From: the human T2T-CHM13v2.0 reference genome, Homo sapiens
Length of the DNA: 64,000 bases
Strand: one strand, 5' to 3'
Assembly: GCF_009914755.1 (NCBI RefSeq)
Contig: NC_060932.1
Shown one piece after another: positions 47,497 through 61,300 of this stretch. The notes under the pieces are model-generated. The model saw only the letters and a program-made list of their open reading frames with translations. It did not search any database and was not told the origin of the DNA. Made by a program: the position numbers and the translations under genes. How positions within the stretch are numbered: the first letter of the stretch is position 1; each line of letters begins with the position of its first letter.

Positions 47497-50400
47497 CTGA
47501 TTGAGGACTTTAATGATCCCAGATCAAAACTAGAAAGAATCTAACTGTGAAACTGCTTTGTGAAGTGCACATTCATTTCACGGAGTTAAACCTTTCTTCT
47601 GATTCAGCAGGTTGGATAAACCCTTATTGTAGTATCTGCAAAGGGACATTTGGGTGCCCATTCAGGCCTATGGTGAAAAATCGAATATCCCAAGATAAAA
47701 CAGGGAAGAATTTATTTGAGAAACTACTTTGTGATTTGTAGACTCATCTCACTGAGTTAGACCTTTCTTTTGATTCAGCAGATTGGAAACAATCTTTTTG
47801 TAGAATCTGCGAAGAGATATTTGGGAGCTTATTGATGCCAATGGTTAAAAACTGAATATCTCCAGATCAAAACTAGAAAGTAGCTATCTGTGAAACTGCT
47901 TTGTGATGTGTGGATTCATCTCACAGTGTTAAAACTTTCTTTTTTTAAGCAGGTGGGAAAAACTATTTTTGTAAAATCTGTGAAAGGACATTTGAGAGCC
48001 TATGGAGGAATATCATGAAAAACTGAATATCCCTACATAAAAACTAGAAACAAGCTCTCTGTGAAACTGCTTTTTGATGTGTGGATTCACCTCACAGAGT
48101 TAAACCTTTCTTTTGATTAACCAGGTTAGAAACACTCTGTATGTAGAATTTGTGAAGGGATATTTGGGAACCCATTGAGGCCTATGGTGAGAAAGCAAAT
48201 ATCCCCAGATAAAAAACTAGAAAGACACTATTTGTAAATCTGTTTTGTAATTTGTCAATTCATCTCACAGAGTTAAACCTTTCTTTTGATTCAGGAGATT
48301 GGAAGCAATTTTTTTGAAGAATCTGTAAAAAACGTTTGGGAGCCCAACAATGCCTATGGTGATAAACAGAGTATCTTCAGGTAAAAACTAGAAAGAAGCT
48401 ATCTGTGAAACCGCTGTGTGATGTGCCTATTTATTTCAAAGATTAGACCTTGCTTTTGATTCAAAAAATTGGAAACACCCTTTTTGTAGATTCTACAATG
48501 GAACAATTGGGACACCATTGAAGCCTTGAGAGGAAAACTGAATATCCCCAGAGAAAAAACAGAAATAAGCTATCTGTGAAAGTGCTTTGTGATGTGTGGA
48601 TTCATCTCACAGAGATAAACCTTTCTTTTGTTTCAGCACGTGGAAAACCCTTTTCTTGTGGAATCTGTGAAGGGACATTTTTGAGCACGTTGAGGCCTAT
48701 GGTGAAAAATCGAGTCTCCCCAGATACAAACTAGAAAGAAGCTATCTCTGAAATTGCCCTGTGATGTGTGGATTTATCTCACAGAGTTAAACCTTTCTTT
48801 TGATTCAGCAGGTTGAAAACACTCTGTATGTAGAATTAGTGAGGGGACATTTTGGAGGCCATTGACGCCTATTGTGAAAAACCAAATATCCCCAGATAAA
48901 AACTAGAAAGACAATATTTGTGAATCTGCTTTTTGATGTGCACTTTCATCTCACAGAGATAAACCTTCCTTTTATTCAGCAGGTTGGAAACACTCTTTTT
49001 GTAGAATCTGTGAAGGTACATTATGGAGTCCATGGGGCCTAAGGTGAGAAAACTGAATATCCCCAGATAAAAACTGTAAAGCAGCTATATGTGATACTGC
49101 TTTGTGATGTGTGGATTCATCTCACAGAGTTAATCCTTTCTTTTGATTCTTCAGATTGGAAACACTTCTTTCATAGAATCTGTGAAAGGACATTTGGGAG
49201 TCCAAAGAGGCCTATGGTGAAATACCAAATATCCCCAGAGAAAAACTAGAAAGAAGCTATCTGTGAAACTGATTTGTGATATGTAGATTCATCTTACAGA
49301 GTTAAACGTTTCTTTTGATTCAACAGATTGGAAACACAGTTTTGTATAATCTGCAAAGAGACATTGGGGAGCCCGTTGAGGCCTATGGTGAAAAACTGAA
49401 TGTCCCCAGTGAAGAACTAGGAAGGAGCTATCTGTTAATTTGTAATCCGTGGATTCCTGTCACAGAGTTAAACATTTCTTCAGCAGGTTGAAAACAGCCT
49501 TTTTGTATAATCTGTGAAGGAATATTTGGGAGCTCATTGATGTCTATGGTGAAAAACAATATCCCTAGGGAAAAACTAGAAAGAAGCTATCTGTGAATCT
49601 GCTTTGTGGTGGGTGGAGTCCTCTCACAGAGACAAACCTTTCTTTTGATTCAGCAGGTTGGAAACACTCTTTTTGTAGGCTCTATGAAGGGACTTTTGGG
49701 AGCCCATTGATGCCTATGGTGAAAAACCAAATATCCCCAGAGAAAAACTAGAAAGAAGTTATCTGTGAAAGAGCTGTGTGAGAAGTAGATTAGTCTCACG
49801 GAGTTAACACTTTCTTTGATTCAGCAGGTTGGAAATTCTCCTTTTGTAGAATCTGCAAATGGACATTTGAAATAGTAGTAAGGCCTACGAATAAAAACTG
49901 AATAATATCCCCAGATAAAAACTAGAGGAAGCTATTTGTGAAACTGCTTTGTGATATGTGGATTTATCTCACAAAGTTAAACTTTTCTTTTGTTCAGCAG
50001 GTTGAAAACACTCTTTTTGTAGAATCTGCATAGTGACATTTGGAACCTCTTTGAGGCCTATGGTGAAAACCTGAATAGCCTCAGATAAAAGCTAGAAAGA
50101 AGCTACCTGTAAAACTGCTTGGGTTTGACTGGATTCATCTGACAGAATGAAACCTATTTTTTGATTCAGCAGGCTGGAAACACTCTTTTTGTAGAATCTG
50201 CTAAGAAACATTTGAAAGCCCTTTGAGGCCTATGGTTAAAAAACTGAATAATGACAGATAAAAACTACAGTGAAGCTATCTGTGAAACAACTTTGTGATG
50301 TGTGGATTCATGTCACAGAGTTAAGCCTTATTTTTGTGTTAGCATATGGGAAACACTCTTTTTGTAGAATCTGCAAAGGGACTTTTGAGAGCCTATGGAG

Positions 50401-53400
50401 GCCTATTGTGAAAAACCCAATATTGCTACATAAAAACTAAAAACAAGCTATCAGTGAAACTGCTTTGGATATATGGATTCATCTCACAGAGTTCAGCCTT
50501 TCTTTTGATTTAGCAGGTTGAAAACACTCTTTTTCTAGAATCTGTGAGGGGACGTTTGGGAGCCCATTGTGGCCTATGGTGAAAAACTGAATATCTGCAG
50601 ATAAAAACTAGAAAGAAACTATCTGTGAAAGTGCTTAGAGATGTGAATATTCATCTCAAAATAAACCTTTCTTTTGAGTCAAATGTTTGGAAACACCTTT
50701 TTGCAGAATCTGCAAATGGACAATTGGGAGCCAATTGATGCCTTGGGTGAAAAACTGGGTATCCCCATAAAGACACTAGAAAGAAGCCATTTGTGAAACT
50801 GCTTTGTGATGTGTTGGTTCGTATGACAGAGTTAAACCTTTCTTTTGATTCAGCAGGTTGGAAACACTCTTTTCATAGACTCTGTGAAGGAACTTTGGGA
50901 GCCCATTGAAGACTATGGTGAAAAAAAAAAATCTCCAAATAAAAACGAGAAAGAAGCTGTCTGTGAAATTGCTTTGTAATGTGTGGATACATCTCACAGA
51001 GTTAAACCTTTCTTTTGTTTCAGGAGTTTGGAAACACTCTGTATGTAGACTCTGCAAAGGAACATTTGGGAGTTCATTGATTCTTATGGTGAAAAACTAC
51101 ATATTTTCAAAATAAAACTAGAAAGAAACTATCTGTGAAGCTGGTTTGTGATGTGTGGATTCATATCACTGAGTTAAACCTTTCTTTTGATTCAGCAGTT
51201 TGGGTGCATTATTTTTGTAGACTCTGCAAAGGGACATTTGAGAGCTTATTGAAGTCTGTTGTGAAAAACAGAATACTCTCGGATAAAAAGCAGAAAATAT
51301 CTATCCGTGAAACTGCTTAGTGATGTGTGGATTAATCTCAGGGAGTAAAAGCTTCCTTTTGATTAAGGAGGTTGTAAACACTCTTTTTGTAGCATCTGTC
51401 AAGGGAAATTTTGTTGCCCATTGAGGCGTATGGTGAAAAATGGAATATCCCCATATAAAAACTAGAAAGAAACAATCTCTGAAACTGCTTTTTGACCTGT
51501 GGATTCATGCCACTGAGTGAGTTAAACCTCTTTTGATTTAGCATGTTTGAAATACTCTTTTTGTAAAATCTCTGAAGGGACTTGGGAGCCCTTTGAGGCC
51601 AATGGTTAAAAACTGAATATTTCCAGATTAAAAATTGAAAGAAACTATTTGTGAAAGTGCTTTGTGATGTGTGGATTCATCTCACAGATTAATCTTTTTT
51701 GATACAAAAGGTTGAAAACACTCTTTTTGTAGCATCTGTGAGGGACAATTGGGACCCCATTGATGCCCAGGGTGAGAAATTAAATATCCTCAAAGAAAAA
51801 CTACAAATAAGCTATCTGTGGAAGGGCTTTGTGATGTGTGGATTTGTCTCACAGAGTTAAACCTTTGTTTTGATTCAGCAGGTTGGAAACACTTATTCTG
51901 TAGAATCTGTGAAGGGACATTTTGGAGCACATTGAGGCCTATAGTAAAAAAAGAAAAAGAAATTCCCCTGATAAAAAAAAAAAAAAAGCTGTTAGTGAAA
52001 CTGCTTTGCATTGTGTGGACTCATCTGTCAGAGTTGAACTTTTATTTTGGTTCAGAAGGTTGGAAACACTTGTTTTGTAGAATCTGCAAAGGGATATTTG
52101 GGAGCTCTTTGAGGCCAATGTTTAAAAACAAAATACCTCTAAATAAAAACTCGAAAGAAGCTAACATTGAAACTGCTTCATTATGTATGAATTCACCTTA
52201 CAGAGTTAAACTTTTTTTTTAATTGAGTAGGTTGTAAACAATCGTTTTGTAGAGTCTGTTAATGGACATTTGGAAGCCCATTGAGGCCTATCATGAAAAA
52301 CCGAATATATTCAGATAAAAACTTGAAAGAAGCTTTCAGTGAATCTGCTTTGTGATGCACTGATTCCTCTCACAGAGTTAAAACTTTATTTTGATTTGTC
52401 AGGTTGGAAACACTCTTTTCATAGAATCTTGTGAGGAAGATTTGGGGGCCCATTGAGACCCATGGTAAAAAGCCAAATATCCCCAGATAAACACTATAAA
52501 GAAGGTATCTGTGAAACAGCTTTGTGACGTTTAGATTCATCTCACAGAGTTAAATCTTTCTTTTGATTCAGCAGGTTGGAAACATTCTTTTTGTAGTATC
52601 TGTGAAGAGACGTTTGGGAGCCCAGTGAGGCCTATGGTGAAAAACCGATTATACCCAGAGAAAAACTACAAAGAAGCTGTCTGTGAAGCTGCTTTGTGAT
52701 GTATCAATCATCTACAGAGTTAAACCTTTCTTTTGATTCAGCAGGTTGGAAACACTCTTTTTGTAGAATCTGTGAAGGGACATTTGGGAGCCCTTTGAGG
52801 CCAATGGTGAAAAACTGAATATCCCCAGATAACAACTAGAAAGAAGCTGTCTGTGAAAGTGGTTTGAGATGTGTGGATTCATCTCAGATTAAAACTTTCT
52901 TTTGATTCGAATGTTTGGAAACACTCTTTTTGTAGAATCTGTGAAGGGACAATGGGGGCCCATTAAAGCTTAGGGTGAAAAAAACAATATCCCCAGAGGA
53001 AAATTAGAAAGAAGCCATCTGTGAAACTGCTTTGTGATGTGTGGCTTCATGTGACAGAGTTAAACCTTTCTTTTGATTCAGCATGTTAGAAATACTCTTT
53101 TTGTAGAATCTGTGAAGGGATATTTGGGAACCTAATGAGGACTGTGGTGAAAAACAAAATATCTCCAGATAAAAATGAGAAAGAAGCTATCAGTTAAACT
53201 GCTTTGCAACGTGTGCATTCGTCTCACATAGTTAAACCTTTCTTTTGTTTCAGTAGGTTGCAAACACTCTTTTTGTAGAATCTACAGAGGGACAATTTGG
53301 TGCCCATTGAGGCCTATGTTGAAAAACAAAATATCCTCATAAAAAACTGGTAGAAAAGTATTGGTGAAATTGCTTTGTGATGTGTCGATTCATCTCACAG

Positions 53401-56400
53401 AGATAAACTTTTATTTAAATTCAGCAAGTTGGAAAAACTTTTTGTAAAATCTGCAAAGGGACATTTGATAGCCCATTGAGACCTATGGTGAAAAACTGAA
53501 TATCCCCAGATAACAACTAGAAAGAAGCAGTATTTGAAAGTGCTTTGTGATGTGTGGGTTTCTCTCACAGAATTAAACCTTTCTTTTCATTCCACAAGTT
53601 GGAAACACTCTTTTTTTAGAATCTATGAATGGACAACTGGGAGCCAAATAATGCTTATGGTGAAAAATTGAATATCCCCAGAGAAACAGTAGAAAAAACC
53701 TACCTGTGAAAGTGCTTTGTGATGTGTGCGTTCATCTCACAGAGATAAACCTTTCTTTTGATTCAGCAGGTTGGAAACTTTTTTTGTAGAATCTGTGAAG
53801 AATCGTTTAGGAGCCCACTGAGGCCTTTGGTGAAACACTGAATAACCCCACATAAAAACTACAAAGAAGCTATCTGTGAAACTGCTTTGTGATGTATAGA
53901 TTCATCTCACAGAGTTAAACCTTTCTTTTGATTCAACAGGTTGGAAACACACTTTTTATAGAATCTGCAAAAAGACATTAGGGATCCCATTGAATTCTAT
54001 GATGAAAAACTGAATATGCCCAGATAGAAACTAGAAAGATGCTATCTGTGAAACTGCTTTGTGATGTGTGAATTCATCTCCTTGAGTTAAATCTTTCTTT
54101 TGATTTAGCAGGTTTGAAACATTCTTTTGTAGAATCTGCATAGGAACACTGGGGAGCCCATTGAGACCAATGGTGAGTAACAGAAAAAAAACTAGAAAGA
54201 AGCTGTCAGTGAAACTGCTTTGTGATGTGTAAATTCATATCAAAGAGTTAAACCTTGCTTTTAATTCAGAAGGTTGGAAACACTCTTTTTATAGTGGTGA
54301 TGTGTGGATTCACCACAGAAAAATAAACCTTTCTTTTTATTCAGCAGGTTGGACACAATCTATTTGTAGAATATGCAAATTTACATTTAGGAGCCCATTG
54401 AGGCCTATGGTGAAAAACCAAACATCCCCAGATAAAAACTAGTAAGAAGTTATCTGTGAAACTGCTTTGTGATGTGTGCATTCATCTCACAGAGTTAAAC
54501 CTTTCTGTTGATTCAGCAGGTTGGAAACACTATTTTTGTAGAATCTGCAAATTGACATTTAAGAGCCCACTGAGGCCTATGGTGAAAAACCGAATGTTCC
54601 CAGAAAAAAACTAGAAAGAATCTGTGAAACTGCATTTTGATTTGCACATTCATCTCACCAAGTTAACATATGCTTTGATTCAGCAGGTTGGAAACACTGT
54701 TTTTGTTGAATCTGCAAAGGGACATTTGGAAGCCCATTGAGGTGTATGGTGAAAAATCGAATATTGCCAGATAAAAGCATTCTTTTTGTACAATTTGTGA
54801 GGGGTCATTTGGGAGCACATTGAGGCCTGTAATGAAAAACCAAATATCCCCACATAAAAACCAGAAAGAAGCTATTTGTGAAACTGTGCTCTAATGGGTG
54901 GATTCATCTCACAGAGTTAAACATTTCTATTGATTCAGTGGCTTGGAAACACTTTTTTCATAGAATCTACAAAGGAGCATTTGAAAGCCCTTTGTTGCAT
55001 GTTTTTTAAAAATGGAATGTCTCTATTTAAAAAGTAGAAACAAGCTATCTGAGAAGCTGCTTTGTGATGTGTGGATTCAACTGACAGAGTTAAACATTGC
55101 TTTTGATTCAGCAGGTTGGAAGCACTCTGTAGAAACATTTGGGAGCACACTGAGACCTGTGGTGAAAATCTGATTATCCCCAGATAAAAATTAGAAAGAA
55201 GCTATCTGTGGAAATGCTTTGTGATGTTTGGATTCACCTCACACAGTTAAACCTCTCTTTTAATTCAGTGGGTTGGTAAAAATCTTTTGGTACAATCTGC
55301 AAATTGACATTTACAAGCCTATTGAGGCCTATGGTGAAAAAAGAATATCTCAAATAAAAACTAGAAGGAAGGTATCTGTGTCACTGCTTTGTGATGTGTG
55401 GGTTCATCTCACAGAGTTAAACATTTCCTTTGATTCAGCAGTTGGAAACACTCTATTTGTAGAATCTGTGAAGGGACATTTGGGAACCCATTGAGACCTA
55501 TGGTGGAAAAGTGAATATCCCCGGATAAAAACTAGAAGGAATCTATCTGTGAAACTGCTTTGTGATGTCTGGATTCACCTCACAGATTTAAACTTTTATT
55601 TTGATTCAGCAGGTTGGAAACACTTTAGATGTAGGATGTGTGAAGAGATATTTGGGAGCCCATGGAGGCCTATGGTGAAAAATAGAATATTCCCAGAAAA
55701 ATCCTAAAAAGAATCTCTTTGTGATACTGTTTGTGATGTGTGCAATCATCTCACTTAGGTAAACTGTTCTCTTGATTCAGCAGATTAGAAACACTCTTTG
55801 TAGAATCTGTTAATGGACATTTGGGAGCCCATTGAGGCTTATGGTGAAAACTGAATATCCCCATATAAAAACTAGAAAGAAGTTATCTGTGAACAGTTTT
55901 GTGATGTGTGGATTCATCTCACATAGTTATACCTTTCTTTTGATTCAGCAGGTTGGAAACACTCTTTTTGTGGAATCTTTGGTTGGATATTTGGGAGTCC
56001 TTTGAGGCATAGGATGAAAAACTGAATATCTACAGATAAAAACTAGGAAGAAGCTATCTGTGAAAGTGCTTTGGGATGTGTGGATTCATCTAACAGAATT
56101 AAACCTTTCTTTTGATTTCACAAGTTGGAAACACTTTTTTGGTAGAATCTGTGAAGAAATATTTGAGACCTGATTGAGGATGATAGTGAAAAACAGAACA
56201 TCCCCACATAAAAACTAGAAAGAAGTAATCTGTACACTTTCATTTTGGCGTGTGGATTCAACTCACAGAGTTAAACCATTCTTTTGATTAAGCAGGTTGG
56301 AAACACTATTTCTGTAGAATCTAGGAAGTGAAATTTGTGAGCCCATTGATACTTATGTTGAAAAACGGGATATCCACAGATAAGAATAAGAAAGAATCTA

Positions 56401-58062
56401 TGTATGAATCTGCTTTGTGTTGTGTCAATTCATCTCACATAGTTACATTTTTTCTTTTGTTTCAGCAGGTCAGAAACACTGTTTTGTAGAATCTTTGAAG
56501 GGACATTTGGAGCCCATTGAGGCCTATGGTGAAAAACTGAATACCCCCAGATGAAAACTAGAAAGGAGCTATCTGTGAAACTGTTTTGTGATATTTGGAA
56601 TCATCTCACAGAGTTAACATTTCTTTTCCCTCTGCAGGTTGGAAACACTCTTTTTGTTGAATATGTGAAGGGACGTTTTGGATCCCATTGAGGACTACTG
56701 TGAAAAACAAAATATCCCCTTATAAAAACAAGAAAGAAGGTATCTGTTCAACTGCTTTGCAATGTGTGGATTCATCTCACAGAGTTAAACCTTTCTTTTG
56801 ATTCATCTGTTTGGAAACACTCTTTTAGTATAATTGGTGAAGGGACATTTGGGAGCTCATTGAGACCTATGATAATAAGCTAAATATCCCCAGATAAAAG
56901 GTAGATAGAAGCTCTCTGTAAAACTGCCTTGTGAGATGTGGATTCATCTCACAGTACTAAACCTTTCTTTTTATTCAGCAAGTTGAAAACACTCTTTTTG
57001 TAAAATCTGCAAAGAAACATTTGAAAGCCATTGAGGCCTATGTTGAAAAACTGAATATCTTCAGATGAAAACTGCAAAGAAGATATCTGTGAAACTGCTT
57101 TCTGATGTGTGCATTCATCTCACAGAGTTAAACCGTTCTTTTGATTCGGCAGGTTAAAAACACTCTTTTTGTAGATTCTGTGAAGGGAATTTGGGAGCCC
57201 ATTGAGGTTTATGGTGAAAAGGTGAATATCCCCACATAAAAAGTAGAAGGAAACTCTCTGTGAAATTGCTTTGTGATGTGTGGATTCAACTCACAAACTT
57301 CATTCTTTCTTTTGATTCACCAGGTTGGAAACAGTCTTTTTGTAGAATCTGCAAAGGGACATTTTGGGGCCCTTTGAGGTCTATGGTGAAAAATCAAATA
57401 TCCCCAGATAAAAACTAGAAAGAAGCTATGTGTGAAATAGCTTTGTGATGTGTGGATTCATCTCACAGAGTTAAACTTTTCTTTTGATTTAGCAGGTTGG
57501 AAGCTCTCTTTTTGTAGAATCTGCAAAGGGACATTTGGGATCCCATTGAGACCTATGGTGAAAAACCAGACATTTCCAGAAAAAACTGGAAAGAAGCTAT
57601 CTATGAAACCCCTGTTTGATGCGTGCTGTTATCTCACAGATATAAACCTTTCTTTTCATTTGGATGGTTGGTAACCCACTTTTTGTAGAATCTCTGATGG
57701 ACATATCAGGTCCCATTGAAGCCTATGGAAAAAAATGAACTTCTTCAGATAAAAACCAGAAATAAGCTATGTGTGAAATGGCTTTGTGATGTGTCAATTC
57801 ATCTCACAGAGTTAAACCTTTCTTTTTATTCAGCATGTTGGAAACACTTTTATTGTAGACTCTGCAAAGTGACATTTTGGAGCCCATTGAGGCCTATAGT
57901 GAAAAACAGAACACACCCAGATAAAAATTAGAAAGAAGCTATCTGCGAAATGATTTCTGATGTGTGGATTTCTCTTACAGAGTTAATTTATTTTTTGATT
58001 CAGCAGGTTGCAAATATTCTTTTTTAAGAATCTGTGAAGGGTAATTTAAAAGCATTGAGGCT

Positions 58063-58353
58063 GGCCAGGTGTGGTGGCTCATGCTTGTAATCCCAGCACT
58101 TTGGGAGGCCAAGGCAAGTGGATCACAAGGTCAGGAGATCAAGACCATCCTGGCTAACACAGTGAAGCCCCATCTCTACAAAAAATACAAAAAACATTAG
58201 CTGAGTGTGATGGCAGGTTCCTGTAGTCCCAGCTACTTGGGAGGCTGAAGCAGGAGAAAGGCAAGGACCAAGGAGGCAGAGCTTGCAGTGAGCCAAGATC
58301 ATGCCACTTCACTCCAGCCTAGGCAACAGAGCGAGGCTCCATCTCAAAAAAAA
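58063..58353 (+). mobile_element. Full-length AluY-type SINE
   Basis: Runs ggccaggtgtggtggctc...atctc(A)n with AluY diagnostics (gatcac.aggtcaggagatc, catcctggctaacac, gagcttgcag). The TSD AAAAGCATTGAGGC lies at 58048-58061 and 58354-58367, preceded by TTT, a canonical L1-endonuclease TT/AAAA site. Confidence 0.95.
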
Positions 58354-61300
58354 AAAAGCATTGAGGCCTATGGTAAAAAACAGAATATCCCTAGATAAAA
58401 ACTCAAAAGAAACTATCAGTGAAACTGCTTTGTGATTGGTGGATGCATCTCACAGAGTTAAACCTTTCCTTTGATTCATCATGTTAGAAACACTCTTTTT
58501 GTAGAATCTGTGAAGGGACATTAGGGAGCCCTCTTAGGCCTATGGTGAAAAACGGAATCTCTCCTGATAAAAAAAAAAGAAAGAAGCTATCTGTTAAACT
58601 GCTTTGTGATGTGTGGATTCATCTCACAGAGTTAACCTTTATATTTATTCGACAAGTTGGAAACACTCTTTTTGTAGAATCTGTGAAGGAACATTTTGTA
58701 GCCCATTAAGGCCCGTACTGAACAACAAAATATTGCTAGATAAAAACTTGAAAGAGTCTGTCTTGGAAAGTGTTTTGTGATGTGTGAAATAATCTCTCAG
58801 ATTTAAACCTTTCTTTTGATTCAGTAGGTTGGAAACACTATTTTTGTAGAATCTGCAAAGGAACATTTGAGAGATCATTGAGGCGTATGGTCAAAAATAA
58901 AATATCCCTACATAAAAACTAAAAAGAAACTATCTGTGAGACTGCTTTGTGATTTGTAGATTCATCTCACAGAGTTAAATGTTTCTTTTGATTCAGCAGT
59001 TTGGAAACACTCTTTTTGTACACAGATAAATCCTTCTGATAAATCTCACACAGGTAAGTCCTTCTGAAGATTCAGCAGGTTGGAAACACTTTTCTCTGTA
59101 GAATCTGTGAAGGGACATTTGGGAGCCCATTGAGGCCTATGGTGAAAAAGTAAATATCCCCCAGAAAGAAATTAGAAAGAAGCTATCTTTGAAAGTGCTT
59201 TGAGGTATATGGATTCTTCTCACAGATTAAACCTTTATTTTGTTCAGTAGCTTGAAACCACTCTTTTTGTAGAATCTGCAAAGGGACATTTAGGAGTCTA
59301 TTTGGGTTTACCGTGAAAAACAGAATATCCCTAAATAAAACAAGAAACAAGCTATCTGTGAAACTGTTTTGTGATGTTTGGGTTCATCCCTCAGAGTTAA
59401 ACCATTCTTTTAATTCAACAGGTTGGAAACACTTTGTATGTAGAATCTGCAATAGGACATATATGACACCTTTGTGGCCTATGGTGAAAAATGGGATATC
59501 CCCATATAAAAACTAGAAAGATGCTATTTGTGAATCTGTTTTGTGATGTGTGGATTCATCTCACAAAGTTAAACCTTTTTTATGATTCAGCAGGTTGGAA
59601 ACAGTCTTTTTGTAGAAACTGTGAAGTGACATTTGGGAGCACAATGGGGCCTATAGTGAAAAAGTGAATACCCCAGATAAAAACTGGAAATAAGCTATCT
59701 GTGAAACTGCTTTGTGATGTGTGGATTCATCTCACAGAGTGAAAGCTTTCTTTTGATACTTCAGGTTTGAAACACTTGTTTTGTAGAATCTGCAAGGGAT
59801 ATTATACAGCCCACAGATGCCTAAGGTGAAAAACTGAATATTCCCAAATAAAAACTAGAAAGAAGCTATGTGTGAAACTGCTTTGTGATGTGTCAATTCA
59901 TCTCACAGAGTTAAAACTTTCTTTTCATTCAGCAGATTGGAAGCACACTTTTTGAAGAATCTGTGAAGGGACATTTGAAAGCCCATTGAGGACTATGGTG
60001 AAAAACTGAATATTCTGAGATAAAAACTAGAAAGAAGTTATCTATGAAACTGCTTTGTGATGTTTGCATTCATCTCACATAGGTAAACCCTTCTTTTGAT
60101 TCAGCAGGTTGGAAACAATTTTTTTAGTATCTGTGAAGGGAATTTTCAAAGTCTACTGAAGCCTAACGTGAAAAAATCAAATATCTCCAAATAAAATCTC
60201 AAAAGAAGCTATCTGTGCAGTGGGTTTGTCATATGTACATTCACCTCACAGAGTTACCCGTTTCTTTTGATTCAACAGGTAGGAAACACTCTTTTTGTAT
60301 AATCTGCAAAAGGACATATGGGAGCCCATTGATGCCTATGGTAAGAAACAGAATATCCCCAGATAAACACTAGAAAGAAACTGCCAGTGAAACTGTTCTG
60401 TGATGTGTGGATTTAGCTCACTGAGTTAAAACATTTTTTGATTCAGAACGTTGCAAAGATTCATGTATAGAATCTGCAAATGGACATTTCAGAGCCTATT
60501 GAGGCCTATGGTGAAAAACATACTATCTCCAGTTCAAAACTTGAAAGGACCTATTTGTGAAACTGGTTTGTGGTCTGTTGATTCATATCACAAAGATAAA
60601 ACTTTCTTTTGATTCAGCGGGTTGGAAACACTCTTTTTGTAGAACCCGAGAATAGACATTTGGGAGTCCATTGAGGCCTATGTTGAAAAACAGATATCCC
60701 AAGATAAAAACTAGAAAGAAGCTATCTGTGAATCTGCTTTTTATGTATAAATCCCTCTCACAGACTTAAACCTTTCTTTTGTTTCAGCAGGTTGGAAAAA
60801 CTCTTTTTGTAGAATATGCAAAAGGACATTTGGCAGCCTATTGAAGCTTATGATGAAAAACCAAATATCCCAGATAAAAAGGTAGAAACAAGCTATCTGT
60901 GAAACTGCTTTGTGATTTATGGTTTCATATTCCAGAGAGAAGCCTTTCTTTTCATTGAGCATATTGTTAACACTCTTTATAGAATCTGCGAAGGAACATT
61001 TGTGAGCCAAATGAAAGCTAAGGTGGAAAAACAAATATTGCCATATAAAAAACCTATTTGTGAAACTAGTTTGTGATGCGTGGATTCATCTGCAAGAGTT
61101 AAATCTCTCTTTTGATTCTGCATATTTAAACACTCTTTTTGTAGAATCTGCAAAGGGGCTTTTGGGAGCCCATTGTGGCCTCTGATTAAAAGCTGAATAT
61201 CCACAGATAAAAACTACAAAGAATCTATCTGTGAAACTGCTTTGTGAAGTGTGGATTTATCTCATACAGATAAAGTTTTAATTTGATTCAGCAGGTTGGA

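Noticed and set aside
56351-56372. CENP-B-box-like cttatgttgaaaaacggga
   Set aside because: It has CGGG but lacks the essential TTCG and is out of register by one base, so it does not fit NTTCGNNNNANNCGGGN.
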